Part shown: piece after piece, positions 19,280-31,644 of the stretch
Layout: every line of letters starts with the position of its first letter
Numbering within the stretch: position 1 is the first letter of the stretch
DNA from: an uncultured Actinomycetes bacterium
Lineage (GTDB): Bacteria > Actinomycetota > UBA4738 > HRBIN12
Reading direction: 5' to 3'
Assembly: GCA_963704885.1 (NCBI GenBank)
Contig: CAVPIB010000001.1
Location: 448,001 to 512,000, forward strand
Length of the DNA stretch: 64,000 nucleotides
Position numbers and translations under genes: made by a program
The notes under the pieces: model-generated
Database searches by the model: none
The model's input: the letters and a program-made list of their open reading frames with translations, nothing else
What the model was told of the DNA's origin: nothing

Positions 19280-20269
19280 TCAATGCGAACCTTCGAGGGG
19301 ACGGATGGAGAGCAGCAGCTTGCCCGAGGTGGTCCCACTCTCCAGCTCGCGGTGCGCCTCATCGGCGCGTTCCAACGGGTGTCGGGCGTGTACGCGCACC
19401 TCCAGATCGCCACTGCCCACCATCGATAGCACCGCATCGGCGCGGCGGAGGAGCTCCTCGCGGGTCGCGGTGTAGTCGACCAGTCCGGGGCGCGTGAGGA
19501 ACACCGATCCCGCTCGTAGTAGCTTCCGGAGATCGAAAGGGGGGACGGGGCCGCTCGAATGCCCGAAGGCGACCAGGAACCCTCGCTTCGCGAGCGACCG
19601 TAGGCTGTCTTCGAAGGTGTCCCGCCCGACCGAGTCGAAGACGATGCGCGCACCGCTCCCGTCGCCGTATCCCCTCACGACCTCCGCCAGATCGCGCTCT
19701 CCACGGACGACGACGTCGGTGGCTCCCGCGCCTCGCGCCTGCTCGGCCTTCGCAGCGGTGGAGGTTGTGCCGACCACCAGGAGCCCGCGTGCCGACGCCA
19801 TCTGCGTGAGCAGGAGGCCGACCCCGCCGGCAGCGGCGTGGACGACGACGACGTCGCCTCGCTCGAGGGGGAGGATCGAATCCGTGAGGTAGTGAGCCGT
19901 CATCCCCTGGAGCAGGACGGCGGCAGCCGTATCTGTGGTCACGCTCGTCGGAAGCGGCACCACACGGTCGGCGGGGACCAAGATCGATTCCGCATAGGCA
20001 CCGGGCACGCCTGCGAACGCGACCCGATCACCGGGCGCGAACCTGTCCACGCCAGGTCCAACCTCCTGGACCTCCCCCGCTCCCTCGGTGCCCGGTGTGT
20101 AAGGCAACGACATCGGGTAGGCGCCGGAGCGCTGTTGCACGTCGATCATGTTGACGCCGGCGGCGTCGAGTCTGACCGACACCTGCCCCGCCGCCGGTCG
20201 CGGGGCCTCATGGTCCTCGAGGACAAGCACCTCCGGGCCACCGTGCTCCCGTACTCGGATCGCTCGCAT
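19280..20269 (-). CDS. qor: NADPH:quinone oxidoreductase (zeta-crystallin family)
   Basis: GGPEVL, LQGMTAHYL, HAAAGGVG, DSVGRDTF, TSGKLLL. Confidence 0.92.
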   Translation of the reverse strand: MRAIRVREHGGPEVLVLEDHEAPRPAAGQVSVRLDAAGVNMIDVQQRSGAYPMSLPYTPGTEGAGEVQEVGPGVDRFAPGDRVAFAGVPGAYAESILVPADRVVPLPTSVTTDTAAAVLLQGMTAHYLTDSILPLERGDVVVVHAAAGGVGLLLTQMASARGLLVVGTTSTAAKAEQARGAGATDVVVRGERDLAEVVRGYGDGSGARIVFDSVGRDTFEDSLRSLAKRGFLVAFGHSSGPVPPFDLRKLLRAGSVFLTRPGLVDYTATREELLRRADAVLSMVGSGDLEVRVHARHPLERADEAHRELESGTTSGKLLLSIRPLEGSH

Positions 20270-20431
20270 CTGCCTCCTTCACCCTCGGTCGAGCGAGGAA
20301 CCCCTTCCTCAGCGAACCTAGACAACCATGAAGATCCCTGCAGGCCAAGCCGTGGGCGGTGTCCTCGGCTGGGTTCGAACGTCCGCGGTCCGCAGAAACC
20401 CTGACCTCCGGGCCGAGGGGGGTGTTGGCCG

Positions 20432-20722
20432 CTACTCATCCTTGATCGTGGGGATGATCTCCCGATCGAACTCGGGGAAGTAGGTCGAGATCTGACTCAC
20501 GTTGAACGAACGCAGGATCGACTCCTTCGCTTCTCGCTCGAGCAAGAACGCGAAACAGGCCTGGATGAAGGCCTCGGGGCTCGGATAGCCTTCCCCCAGT
20601 CGAGCGTGATCGCCATGTGACAGGGTCACGTCGTGCTCGGAGGCGCTGCCGTCGTCATCTCTCACCCGCACGCTGAACCGGAGCAGTTCCTGGTCGATGC
20701 GGCTGACTTCGATCCCCGACAC
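20432..20722 (-). CDS. Small hypothetical protein
   Basis: FLLEREAKESILRSF..ISTYFPEF segment recalled from uncharacterised small proteins; start uncertain. Confidence 0.7.
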   Translation of the reverse strand: MSGIEVSRIDQELLRFSVRVRDDDGSASEHDVTLSHGDHARLGEGYPSPEAFIQACFAFLLEREAKESILRSFNVSQISTYFPEFDREIIPTIKDE

Positions 20723-20798
20723 CACGGCCCCCTCGGGCGCTGACGGCGCCGCGCCGCATCGTACGCTCTCCCGAACGCCCGAGGAGACCGTCCGACAC

Positions 20799-21593
20799 GT
20801 GCCCGACCTCAACACCGGAGACGCCACGCTGCACGTCGAGATCGATGGCAGCGGCGACCCCGTCACGGTCTTCGCGCACGGCCTTACCAACTCGAGTCAG
20901 GAGCTGGCCGCCTTCACTCCGTTCCTGACAGGAACCAAGGTGCGGTTCGACTTCCGGGGGCACGGCCGCTCGAGCGTGCCCGACGCGGGTGCCTACCGGT
21001 TCGCGGACTTCGCGCGTGACCTGGAGAACGTCGCCACCGAGTACGGGGCCACCCGCGCCGTGGGTACCTCGCTCGGTGCGGGCGCCATCACGAACCTGAT
21101 CGCGCGCGAGCCCGGGCGGTTCGAGCGGATGGTGTTCCTGCTCCCGGCCGCGCTCGACCGGCCTCTCGCCGACCACGACGACCTCGACCGAACGGCGGAG
21201 CTACTTGAGACCTTGCCCAGGGATCAAGCCATCGAGGCGATCTTGTCGTCCTCCGGCCGCGCGCAGGTCTACGAGAAGGCGCCGTGGCTCCGAGAGTTCG
21301 ACATGTTGCTCTGGCAGGACATGAACCCGGTTGGGGTGGCGCGAGCGATCCGCGAGGTGCTTCGTGACGTGGCCATCACGGACCGCGAGCTGCTCCGGCG
21401 GGTACAGACTCCGACCATGATCATCTGCCGCGAGGGCGACTCGATCCATCCCGCCGAGCTCGGCCGCGCCCTAGCGCAGATCATGCCGAACACCGAGCTG
21501 ATCGTGCTTCCGGGTGAGCAAGAGCTGATCGCCGCGATCCCCATGCTCGTCGGTCGCGTCAAGGCGTTCCTAGAAGAGGACGGGGACGCGTGA
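20799..21593 (+). CDS. Alpha/beta hydrolase
   Basis: AHGL, DFRGHGRS, GTSLG nucleophile elbow; the canonical C-terminal catalytic His is not obvious. Confidence 0.85.
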   Translation: MPDLNTGDATLHVEIDGSGDPVTVFAHGLTNSSQELAAFTPFLTGTKVRFDFRGHGRSSVPDAGAYRFADFARDLENVATEYGATRAVGTSLGAGAITNLIAREPGRFERMVFLLPAALDRPLADHDDLDRTAELLETLPRDQAIEAILSSSGRAQVYEKAPWLREFDMLLWQDMNPVGVARAIREVLRDVAITDRELLRRVQTPTMIICREGDSIHPAELGRALAQIMPNTELIVLPGEQELIAAIPMLVGRVKAFLEEDGDA

Positions 21594-22513
21594 GCGACGA
21601 CGCCATCGCCTCCCGTCGCGCGACCGACCCGCGCGGCGAGCTGATCGGCTCGCTCTCGAGCGTGACCATGGCGGTGCTATTCGCAGCGGTCGTGATCTTC
21701 GGCAAGCAGGTGGCCGCCGGGAACCTGCCGTTCGTCATGTTGGCGATCCGGTTCGGCGCGCAGTCGGTGCTTCTGTTCGGCGCGCTGGTGCTGCTGCGCA
21801 GACCCCTGATCCCGGTCAAGGGCGAGCGGCTTCCGCTCGTCATCGCCGGCACGATCGGCTACGGCTCCGAGGCGGCGCTCTACTTCAGCGCGCTGAACCA
21901 CGGGAGCGTGGCGGCGGTCACGCTTCTCTTCTACACGTACCCCGTATGGGTCATGCTGGTGACGATCGGTCTGGACCGGAAGGCGCCTCCGAGCACGCTG
22001 TTCGTCGCGCTCGCTCTCGCGCTGGGGGGAAGCGCCCTGGTCGTTCTTGGGGGAGGAGACGCGCAGGTCGCGACCGTCGGGATCGTTCTGGCGCTCTGCA
22101 CGTCGCTCGCCTACACGAGCTATCTGGTGGGGACCGACCGGCACGTCAAGTCGACCGATCCGCTCACGGCCGCCCTGTGGCTGGGCACCGGCGCCGCCGT
22201 GGCCAATGTCGTGTACGCCTTCGCGTTCAACGCGGTCGTTCTCCCGGACGCCGGCGATTGGTGGCGCTTAGCGGCCATGGCCGTCTTCTCGGCCGGCGCG
22301 TTCGCCGCCATGCTCGCGGGTTTGCAGCTGGTCGGCGCTGTTCGGAACGCGATCATCGGAGTCATGGAACCGCTGACGGTCGCCGTGCTCGCGTTCATCT
22401 TCCTGAGCGAACCCATCACTGCGTCTGTGGTCTTCGGCGGCGTGTTGATCCTCGGTGGAGCCATCCTCGCCATGTTGATCCGAACCACCAAGACCGCCGA
22501 ACCTCCGGTGTGA
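21590..22513 (+). CDS. EamA/DMT family transporter
   Basis: About 10 TMs; LLFYTYPVWV and MEPLTVAVLAFIFLSEP. Confidence 0.92.
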   Translation: MSDDAIASRRATDPRGELIGSLSSVTMAVLFAAVVIFGKQVAAGNLPFVMLAIRFGAQSVLLFGALVLLRRPLIPVKGERLPLVIAGTIGYGSEAALYFSALNHGSVAAVTLLFYTYPVWVMLVTIGLDRKAPPSTLFVALALALGGSALVVLGGGDAQVATVGIVLALCTSLAYTSYLVGTDRHVKSTDPLTAALWLGTGAAVANVVYAFAFNAVVLPDAGDWWRLAAMAVFSAGAFAAMLAGLQLVGAVRNAIIGVMEPLTVAVLAFIFLSEPITASVVFGGVLILGGAILAMLIRTTKTAEPPV

Positions 22514-22553
22514 TGAGGTCGGCGGGCCGTCCACCAAACGGGAAGGAGGCCAG

Positions 22554-23258
22554 ATGAAGGTCTTTCACGCGTTCGTCGTCAGCGTCGCGTTCGTCTCGCT
22601 GCTGTCTGCCTGCGAGGCTGCGGGGTCTCCGGCGGGTACGCCGTCGACCAGCCCTACGCCGCTGCCGTCCGCGTCGGCGAGTCCCGATCTGAGCCTCCCG
22701 CTACTCGCCGGGCCCTGCTGCTATGGCCTGCTGCTGGAATCCGGGCGATACGAGACGCCGTCCTGGTTCGAGCCGGGCTTCTCTCTCGACGTCGGTGATG
22801 GGTTCTTTGGCGTGGGGGCCGAGCGCGAACGTCTGATCCTCGTGGGTCGAGGTCAGAGCCAGGCCGGGAACCTGGAGCGATACGTGGGGTTCTTCGTGGC
22901 ACCCAAGGCCGACGCGTTGGTGCGTAAGCTCCGCGAAACCCCCCTCACGGTTCCGGAGGCCCTTCGGTCCATGGACGTGGACGGAGTCCCTGGGGTCGCG
23001 TTCGACGCTAGGGCGCTCCCGAACACCAACACGGCGGCCGACGATGAGATCACCCCGGGCGCGATCCGGATCCCGGCGATCGATCGGCTGGTCCCGCCCT
23101 TCTTCTACACAGAGAGCGGAGAGGCACGACTGCGGTTCATCGTCGTCGACTTCGGTGACCACGCTTTGCTCATCTACGTGGAGGCGCCCGGCGATAGGTT
23201 CGAGGCGTTCGCCGCGGAGGTCGACACGTTACTTGCGAGTCTCCGGTTCATCCCCTGA
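22554..23258 (+). CDS. Putative lipoprotein, function unknown
   Basis: AGGAGG RBS, LSAC lipobox, Pro/Ser linker. Confidence 0.75.
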   Translation: MKVFHAFVVSVAFVSLLSACEAAGSPAGTPSTSPTPLPSASASPDLSLPLLAGPCCYGLLLESGRYETPSWFEPGFSLDVGDGFFGVGAERERLILVGRGQSQAGNLERYVGFFVAPKADALVRKLRETPLTVPEALRSMDVDGVPGVAFDARALPNTNTAADDEITPGAIRIPAIDRLVPPFFYTESGEARLRFIVVDFGDHALLIYVEAPGDRFEAFAAEVDTLLASLRFIP

Positions 23259-23263
23259 ACCCG

Positions 23264-25223
<1,960 letters not shown>

Positions 25224-25226
25224 CGG

Positions 25227-27176
25227 TCAACCGCCGAACACCGCGGCCGCTGCGGCGATCACCACGTATACGAGCGCGCCGCCCAAAGTGAGCATGAGGC
25301 GCAGCTGTTTAGGGATCGGCGATCGGCCGAGCGCGAAGTACAGGATGGGTCCGAGCAGCGGCACCAGGATCACCACCGCCATCCATCTGGTGCGGAACGG
25401 GAGCGACACCGACTCCTGGCGGATCAGATCCCATAGAGCGATCGTGACCCACGCTGCGTAGAGGAACCCGGGCAACACGTACGCGTATAGACCCAAGATG
25501 AGGCCCCACCACGACGTGGCGAGCGGGATCCCGAACACGAGCACCTCCTTGCTCACCTGCGGCCCCGACGCTACAGATATGTCGGCGGGAGCGCGTATCC
25601 GATAGCTCTGTGGCAGCGCCGCGGGATCCGCGGGGAACGGCGGGGCCGTGAGTGGGCTCTCCATGCCTTCCTGGGGCGGCGGCTCGGGCTGTGTCCGCCA
25701 GTCGCCGTGCGGGAACTCGCCGTCCAGCGCATCCAGGAACTTGATGCCAAGGTTGACCGTGGGCGCCGGATCGCCGCCGCCGAACCATCGGAGCGACGGT
25801 CCAGAGCATCCGTACAGGGTCTGGATGCGCGGCGGCACGCTGCTCGAGGCGTCGTTCCCACTGAAGCAGTCGCCCCCCGAAGATGGCGCGCCGAGCGCCA
25901 GGTCCGCGTAGCCGCTCCGCCGCACCACGTTGTCGACAACCCTGTTGTCGCCGGTGGGCCACAGGTTGGCGTCCAGGTTGGGCAGGAGCGCGATCCCGTA
26001 GGTCGCTTGGTCCTCCACCAGGTTGTGGGTGACGGTGTTCTGGATACCGCCGGCGATCAGGATCCCCACCCCGAACGTCGGGTACTCCAGGTCCTTGGTG
26101 TCGGCGGTAGTGGAGTTGTTGTCGTGGACGTAGTTGCCGGCGATCACCACGGCGCGCTGCGGCGGATCGGCCTCGGAATCCAACGTGTTCGGCACGATGC
26201 CCGAGATGTTGTTGCGCCACTCGCTGTTCACGATCGCCAGGTCGCCGCCCGCGTTCGTCCCCGAGTAGCCGAGCGCGTTGTTCTCGGCCAGCGAATCCGT
26301 GATCAGCGCGTGGCACGGGTCGCATTGGCCGATGTAGAAGCCCGAGTCCGGCGAGCCGCTCGCGTATGAGTGATCGAACTGCCCGTACACGGAGTCGAAC
26401 GCGTAGATGCCGTAGTCACCGTTGTTGTACGCGGTCACGTACGAGGCTCGGTATCCGAAGACGCTCGACCAGTGCACGCCGTTCAAGGCGAAGTGACGCG
26501 TGGTCAGGTTCTCCACCGCCACACCGTCCGCCTCGATCACATGGATCCCGTTCGGCAGGGTGTCGTTGCCGTCCAGGATGGTTCGGTTGCGATCCTCGCC
26601 GCGGATCGTCACGAACGGTGTCGTGACGACGACCGCCTCGTCATAGACGCCGGGGGCGATCAACACCATGCCTCCCGGCTCCACCTGATCCACGGCCGCC
26701 TGGATCGTGTCGAAGTCCGAAGGCACGCGGATGGTCGGCGCGAACCCGGATGGGACCGGCTCGCGTCCTGGGCTAACGCCGCCACCGCCGGAGTTCGGGA
26801 TCTCGACGTCACCGACGGCGACGATCCCGATCATCCCGACCCCGGGTCCACCATGGAACCGACAGAAGTAGGCATACACACCCGGTTGCTCGAACGTCTC
26901 GGTGTAGGAGTCGCCCGGCTGGAGCTCGCCCGAGTCGAACGACCCGTCGTCCGCCGTCACCGTGTGCGGGCTGCGCCCGTCCATCCCCCACTCGACGGTC
27001 TGTCCGGGTTCGATCCGAACGATGCCTGGATCGAACGCGTTGTCTATGGCGCTCACCTCGGCGTCGAAGCCGCCGCCGCGAGCCGCCAGAGCCGGTCCCA
27101 GGGTCATGAGCACAAGGAACGCGACGGCTGCCAGGCGGCGCGCTGCCAGGCGGCGCATCGTCGGCCGGCGGATCAT
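25227..27176 (-). CDS. Exported cupredoxin + right-handed beta-helix protein with C-terminal PLDc_N-like membrane anchor
   Basis: Signal peptide; PHTV and YFCRFH..GM (type-1 Cu site); DYGIYAF and DSGFYIGQC repeats; C-terminal WMAVVILVPLLGPILYF. Confidence 0.85.
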   Translation of the reverse strand: MIRRPTMRRLAARRLAAVAFLVLMTLGPALAARGGGFDAEVSAIDNAFDPGIVRIEPGQTVEWGMDGRSPHTVTADDGSFDSGELQPGDSYTETFEQPGVYAYFCRFHGGPGVGMIGIVAVGDVEIPNSGGGGVSPGREPVPSGFAPTIRVPSDFDTIQAAVDQVEPGGMVLIAPGVYDEAVVVTTPFVTIRGEDRNRTILDGNDTLPNGIHVIEADGVAVENLTTRHFALNGVHWSSVFGYRASYVTAYNNGDYGIYAFDSVYGQFDHSYASGSPDSGFYIGQCDPCHALITDSLAENNALGYSGTNAGGDLAIVNSEWRNNISGIVPNTLDSEADPPQRAVVIAGNYVHDNNSTTADTKDLEYPTFGVGILIAGGIQNTVTHNLVEDQATYGIALLPNLDANLWPTGDNRVVDNVVRRSGYADLALGAPSSGGDCFSGNDASSSVPPRIQTLYGCSGPSLRWFGGGDPAPTVNLGIKFLDALDGEFPHGDWRTQPEPPPQEGMESPLTAPPFPADPAALPQSYRIRAPADISVASGPQVSKEVLVFGIPLATSWWGLILGLYAYVLPGFLYAAWVTIALWDLIRQESVSLPFRTRWMAVVILVPLLGPILYFALGRSPIPKQLRLMLTLGGALVYVVIAAAAAVFGG

Positions 27177-27214
27177 CGGTCGGGACCCTAGCACTTCGGT
27201 ACCGTTTGACGGTC

Positions 27215-28597
27215 ATGTCTCCCGAGCGCCTATCCAGCCTGGACGCGAGCTTCCTGTATCTGGAGCGACCGGCCATGCACATGCACGTGGCGGGCGTGTC
27301 GGTGTTCGCCCCCCGCGAGGATGGACCGCTCACGTACGACGATGTCGCCCGCGTCGCGGAGGCTCGCCTGCATCTGGCGCCCCGTCTGCGTCAGCGGGTC
27401 CTCACGGTCCCGGGCGGCCTGGCGCGCCCGCTCTGGGTGGACGATGACCACTTCGACCTGGACTTCCACCTGCGGCGGGCGGCTATCCCTTCGCCCGGTG
27501 GCCGTCTACAGCTCGAGCGAGCCGTGGGAAGAGTGCTCTCTCGTCCGCTCGACCGCGCGAGGCCTCTCTGGGAGCTCTACGTGTTCGAGGGACTCGAGCA
27601 CGAGCGAACGGCGGTGTTGCTGAAGATGCACCACGCGCTCGCCGACGGGATCTCGGGCATGCTGATCGCGTCTGCGCTCTTCGACCTGTCGGCGGATGCC
27701 GAGTTGGGACCGCCGCAGAAGGAGTGGAGACCGGAGCCGCCGCCGACATCGTTGGATCTGGCTGTCGATGCGGTCCAGGACCTGCTGCTCCATCCCATCG
27801 AGGCGTTGTTGCGCGCAGCCGAAGCGCCCGCGCACGCGGCCGCCGTCGTCGGCGAGACCTTGGACGGTCTCCGATCGATCGTGGGGATGGGTGCCCCGCC
27901 ACAAGGTCCGTTCGACGCGCATGTCGGTCCCAACCGTCGGTTCGCGACCGCCGAGGTGGCGTTCGAACGACTACGCGAGGTGAAGCGAGCCTTAGGCGGC
28001 ACGATCAACGATGTGGTGCTCACCGGCGTGGCGGGCGGCCTCCATCGGCTCCTGACCGAGCGCGGGGAACCCACGCGCGGTCGCACGTTGCGCGTGATGG
28101 TCCCGGTCTCCGTGCGATCCAAGGCCGAGCAGGGCGACGTGGGCAACCGCGTGGCGCCGGCGTTCGTCGACGTCCCCGTGGGGAAGATGACACCGGGATC
28201 GCGGCTGAAGCGTGTTCGAGCTGCCACCCAAGCCCTCAAGGAGTCGACGATGGCGGTGAGTGCCGATTCGATCATCGGTCTAGGTGCCTACGCCCCTCCC
28301 GCCATCCACGCGATGGCCGCGCGGATGGTCTCCCGCGGACACTGGTTCAACTTGGTCGTTTCGAACATCCCCGCGCCGCAGGTTCCGATGTACCTGGCCG
28401 GCGCGCGGCTGGTGGCCAACTACCCGTCCATGCCGCTCGGCGAGAGCACGGGCCTGTCGGTCGCATGCACGAGCCTGGGCGGCACGATGGGGTTCGGCCT
28501 GACCGCCGACTGGGACGCCCTCCGTGACATAGATGTCCTGGCCCGAGGCATCGAGTCCTCGTTCGACGAGCTCGAACAAGCGGCTGAGCGAGGGTGA
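27215..28597 (+). CDS. Wax ester synthase/diacylglycerol acyltransferase (WS/DGAT)
   Basis: LSSLDASFL, PLDRARPLWE, HHALADG, FNLVVSNIP. Confidence 0.95.
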   Translation: MSPERLSSLDASFLYLERPAMHMHVAGVSVFAPREDGPLTYDDVARVAEARLHLAPRLRQRVLTVPGGLARPLWVDDDHFDLDFHLRRAAIPSPGGRLQLERAVGRVLSRPLDRARPLWELYVFEGLEHERTAVLLKMHHALADGISGMLIASALFDLSADAELGPPQKEWRPEPPPTSLDLAVDAVQDLLLHPIEALLRAAEAPAHAAAVVGETLDGLRSIVGMGAPPQGPFDAHVGPNRRFATAEVAFERLREVKRALGGTINDVVLTGVAGGLHRLLTERGEPTRGRTLRVMVPVSVRSKAEQGDVGNRVAPAFVDVPVGKMTPGSRLKRVRAATQALKESTMAVSADSIIGLGAYAPPAIHAMAARMVSRGHWFNLVVSNIPAPQVPMYLAGARLVANYPSMPLGESTGLSVACTSLGGTMGFGLTADWDALRDIDVLARGIESSFDELEQAAERG

Positions 28598-30510
28598 AAC
28601 GTCCGGGATGGATCACCGTGCTCGCGTTGACGGCGTGTTTGAGCACGGCGCTCGCGGTAGCACCGCGTTCGCTCGCCACCGATCGGGCGCCCGAAGCGCC
28701 AACGCTCCGGCCATGCCCATGGATCGAGGGCGCCGAGTGCGGAGGGATCGAGGTAGCGCTCGACCGGAGGTATCCGGAGCTCGGGACGACACACGTGGGG
28801 TTCATCCGCTATCCGCATCGGCGCGACGATCTCCCGTCGTTCGGCACGATCGTGGCGGTGGAGGGTGGCCCCGGCTACTCGAGCATCGCCAGCCGCTGGT
28901 GGTACAAGCACCTCTACAACCCGCTCCTGGGTCGCCGCGACCTCCTGCTGATCGACTTGCGGGGGACCGGTCGTTCCGACCCCGTCGACTGTCCCGAGCT
29001 CCAGTCCTACCGAGGACCTTGGAAGCAACTGGTGAAACGCTGTGGCCGCGATCTGGGACCGCTGGCGGAACGCTACGGGAGCGCGTTCGCCGCCGCCGAC
29101 CTCGTCGTGCTGCTCGACGCTTTGGGCATCGAACGCATCGATCTGTACGGCGACTCCTACGGCACGTTCTTCGGCCAGACGTTCGCGATCCGCTATCCCG
29201 AGCGCGTCCGCACGCTCACGCTTGATGCGGCCTATCCGGTGGCGGGGGAGGACGCCTGGTGGCGGGACACGAACCGAGCGATCGCGGTGGCTTTCAGGGC
29301 TGTCTGCGAGCGGGATCCGGTATGCGCAGCCACGGCCCCTGATCCCATGGCGACCATCGGTCGATTGGCAGAGCGACTCCGTCGCGGGGCGATCGTCGGC
29401 GACGCCGCCGATGCCGACGGACGGATCCGGTCGATACGGGGCAACATCGACGCTCTGATCGGGCTTGTCGTTTCTGCCGCAACGAACCCCACGATCTATC
29501 GCGAGCTCCAAGCCGCCGCTCGCTCGGCCTTGCGAGGGGCGCGCCCCGACCCCGCGCCGCTCCTTCGCCTCATGGCCGAGAGCGCTTGGCACTGGGGCGC
29601 CGGGAACATCCACACGTATTCCGAGGGACTGGCCCAGGCGACGGGGTGCAACGACTACCCTCAGCTGTGGGACATCACCGCGCCGCTCGACGAGCGGCCG
29701 GCCCAGTACGCCCAGGCGCGAGCTGCCCTCGGCCAGAGCGACCCGGAGGCGTTCGCACCGTTCGGAGTCAACGAGTGGACCAACTCGTCCTCGGTCCTGT
29801 ACACGTCCTGTATCCGCTGGCCGTCTCCCACCGAGCACGTCCCGGCCAAACCTGTCGATGCACCGTACCCCGGCATGCCGACGTTGGTTCTCGATGGAGA
29901 TCTGGACTCGCTCACGTCGCCCGAGGGCGCGCAGACCGTGGCCTCCACGTTCACGAACGCGACCTATGTGGAGGTGGCGAACATGACGCACGTCTCCGCC
30001 CTGGGCGATCTTCTGGATTGCACCTCCGCCATCGTCCTGAGGTTCGTGCGCACTCAGGATCCCGGCGACACCTCATGTGCTGCCGGCTACCCGCCGGTCC
30101 GGACCGTGCCGCGCTTCCCGATCTTCGCAGCCGGAGTCCATGGGTCTTCGACCGCGAAGCGCGCCGGCATCGTGGCGGCGGCCACGGCTGCCGACGTCAT
30201 GGCTCGCTGGTGGAACATGGGCGGGACGTCGGGCGTTGGCTTGCGTGGGGGATCGTTCCAGACCCACGGCTACCGAGCGCCCCGGTTCCACCTGGCGGCG
30301 ACCCGGTGGGTCGAGGACGTGGCTGTGACGGGGGACGTCTCTTGGGATCGAAGATCGGGCCGGGTCGTTGCCATCCTGGAGTTGAGCGGATCGGGTATCC
30401 CGACATCCACGCTCCGCGTTCGGTGGAACACAGTTCACCCTCTGCGTCCCGCCGTCGTGATCGGCTTCGTGGGTGGATCAGCCGTGCAGCTTCACGTCCC
30501 CACACCTTAG
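28594..30510 (+). CDS. Secreted alpha/beta hydrolase (TAP-like peptidase)
   Basis: Signal peptide; EGGPG, DLRGTGRS, GDSYGT, GDLD, TH. Confidence 0.87.
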   Translation: MKRPGWITVLALTACLSTALAVAPRSLATDRAPEAPTLRPCPWIEGAECGGIEVALDRRYPELGTTHVGFIRYPHRRDDLPSFGTIVAVEGGPGYSSIASRWWYKHLYNPLLGRRDLLLIDLRGTGRSDPVDCPELQSYRGPWKQLVKRCGRDLGPLAERYGSAFAAADLVVLLDALGIERIDLYGDSYGTFFGQTFAIRYPERVRTLTLDAAYPVAGEDAWWRDTNRAIAVAFRAVCERDPVCAATAPDPMATIGRLAERLRRGAIVGDAADADGRIRSIRGNIDALIGLVVSAATNPTIYRELQAAARSALRGARPDPAPLLRLMAESAWHWGAGNIHTYSEGLAQATGCNDYPQLWDITAPLDERPAQYAQARAALGQSDPEAFAPFGVNEWTNSSSVLYTSCIRWPSPTEHVPAKPVDAPYPGMPTLVLDGDLDSLTSPEGAQTVASTFTNATYVEVANMTHVSALGDLLDCTSAIVLRFVRTQDPGDTSCAAGYPPVRTVPRFPIFAAGVHGSSTAKRAGIVAAATAADVMARWWNMGGTSGVGLRGGSFQTHGYRAPRFHLAATRWVEDVAVTGDVSWDRRSGRVVAILELSGSGIPTSTLRVRWNTVHPLRPAVVIGFVGGSAVQLHVPTP

Positions 30511-31397
30511 GTCACGCGCTCCGCGTACCAATCCGCGACCTCCGTGAGCCATCGGCCGGGCGCCTCCATCTGCGGCGCGTGGCCAAGGTCGGGGAAGATC
30601 CGCCCGCGCCACGTCGGGTACCTCCGCAAGGTCGCCTCGGCGAACGCCGCGGGCACGAACCGATCGCGCCGGCCGTGCAGGAGGAGGACTGGGCAATGAA
30701 CCCCGCCCATCGCTCGCGCTACCACGTCCGGTCGCTTCCCCAGGCGGAGGATGGAGCGAGCGGCATCCAGGAACGCGGCCGGAGCGTCGGGGTCTTCCTT
30801 GCGCTCGCGAGCCAGCGCCACGTCCATCTGCACGATCTCTTCTGGGATCGACCGGGGATCCGTGGTGACCATCCGATAGCCCAGCCGGACCGTCCGCTCC
30901 GGATCGATCCCGTGCATCCGGGCGATGACGGCCCGATCTCCGATCGAGGGGATGTCGTAGACAGCGAACACGCCGACCACCGCCGGATGTGGCCACCGAC
31001 CCTTGACCCGTGGGAGCACCGACGATGTCAACACCAGTCCTGCCACAGAGTCCGGCTCGACGGCGGCCTGCAGGATCGCGATCCCTCCTCCCATCGAATT
31101 CCCACAGATCACGACGTGCCCCGTGCCAAGCTCGTGGATGAATCGAGAGAGCACCCGTCGTTCGTCCATCAGGCCCGAGCCACGCCCCGATCTCGGGGAT
31201 CGGCCGAACCCAGGCAGGTCCAGGGCCAGCACCCGCCCCAGTCCAGACAGGCCTGGGGCCACCTGAAGCCAGTTCAGATGAGAGCCGCCGAGTCCGTGAA
31301 CCAGAACGAACGTCGCCTCGGCCGGCCCCTCCCAGGCGCGGTACCGCACCGGTCCGTCCAGGTCGATCGTCGCGAGATCAGGAAGCTCGAGATCCAC
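30507..31397 (-). CDS. Alpha/beta hydrolase
   Basis: HGLGGS, DLPGFG, GNSMGG, GRRDRFVP, GHAPQME; TAGGCT 6 nt before the GTG at 31397. Confidence 0.93.
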   Translation of the reverse strand: MDLELPDLATIDLDGPVRYRAWEGPAEATFVLVHGLGGSHLNWLQVAPGLSGLGRVLALDLPGFGRSPRSGRGSGLMDERRVLSRFIHELGTGHVVICGNSMGGGIAILQAAVEPDSVAGLVLTSSVLPRVKGRWPHPAVVGVFAVYDIPSIGDRAVIARMHGIDPERTVRLGYRMVTTDPRSIPEEIVQMDVALARERKEDPDAPAAFLDAARSILRLGKRPDVVARAMGGVHCPVLLLHGRRDRFVPAAFAEATLRRYPTWRGRIFPDLGHAPQMEAPGRWLTEVADWYAERVT

Positions 31398-31479
31398 CAC
31401 GACAGCCTACCGGTGAGCCTCGGGTGGGCCGTTCGAGGTGTGGTGAGACGTCGTCACAAGACCTCCATGCCCTCTGAGC

Positions 31480-31509
31480 TTTACAAATGCGACCTTCGCC
31501 CCTTACCAT
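31480..31509 (+). promoter_or_regulatory. sigma70-type promoter for the sigma factor gene
   Basis: TTTACA (31480-31485), 18-nt spacer, TACCAT (31504-31509). Confidence 0.6.
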
Positions 31510-31515
31510 ACGATT

Positions 31516-31644
31516 GAGCGGCTGCCAAGGCGTTTCTTCTTGCGCGCCTGCACCTCAGCCGCCACCCAGAGGAAACCGAGTTCCCGAGGACCGGGCACGC
31601 TGCCTCCCGCAGCCGACCGGCCTCGAGGAGGAGCGTGATACGGA
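31516..31644 (+). promoter_or_regulatory. Structured 5' UTR, candidate cis-regulatory RNA
   Basis: Two compound hairpins whose loops are complementary to downstream purine tracts, including the Shine-Dalgarno sequence. Confidence 0.45.
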
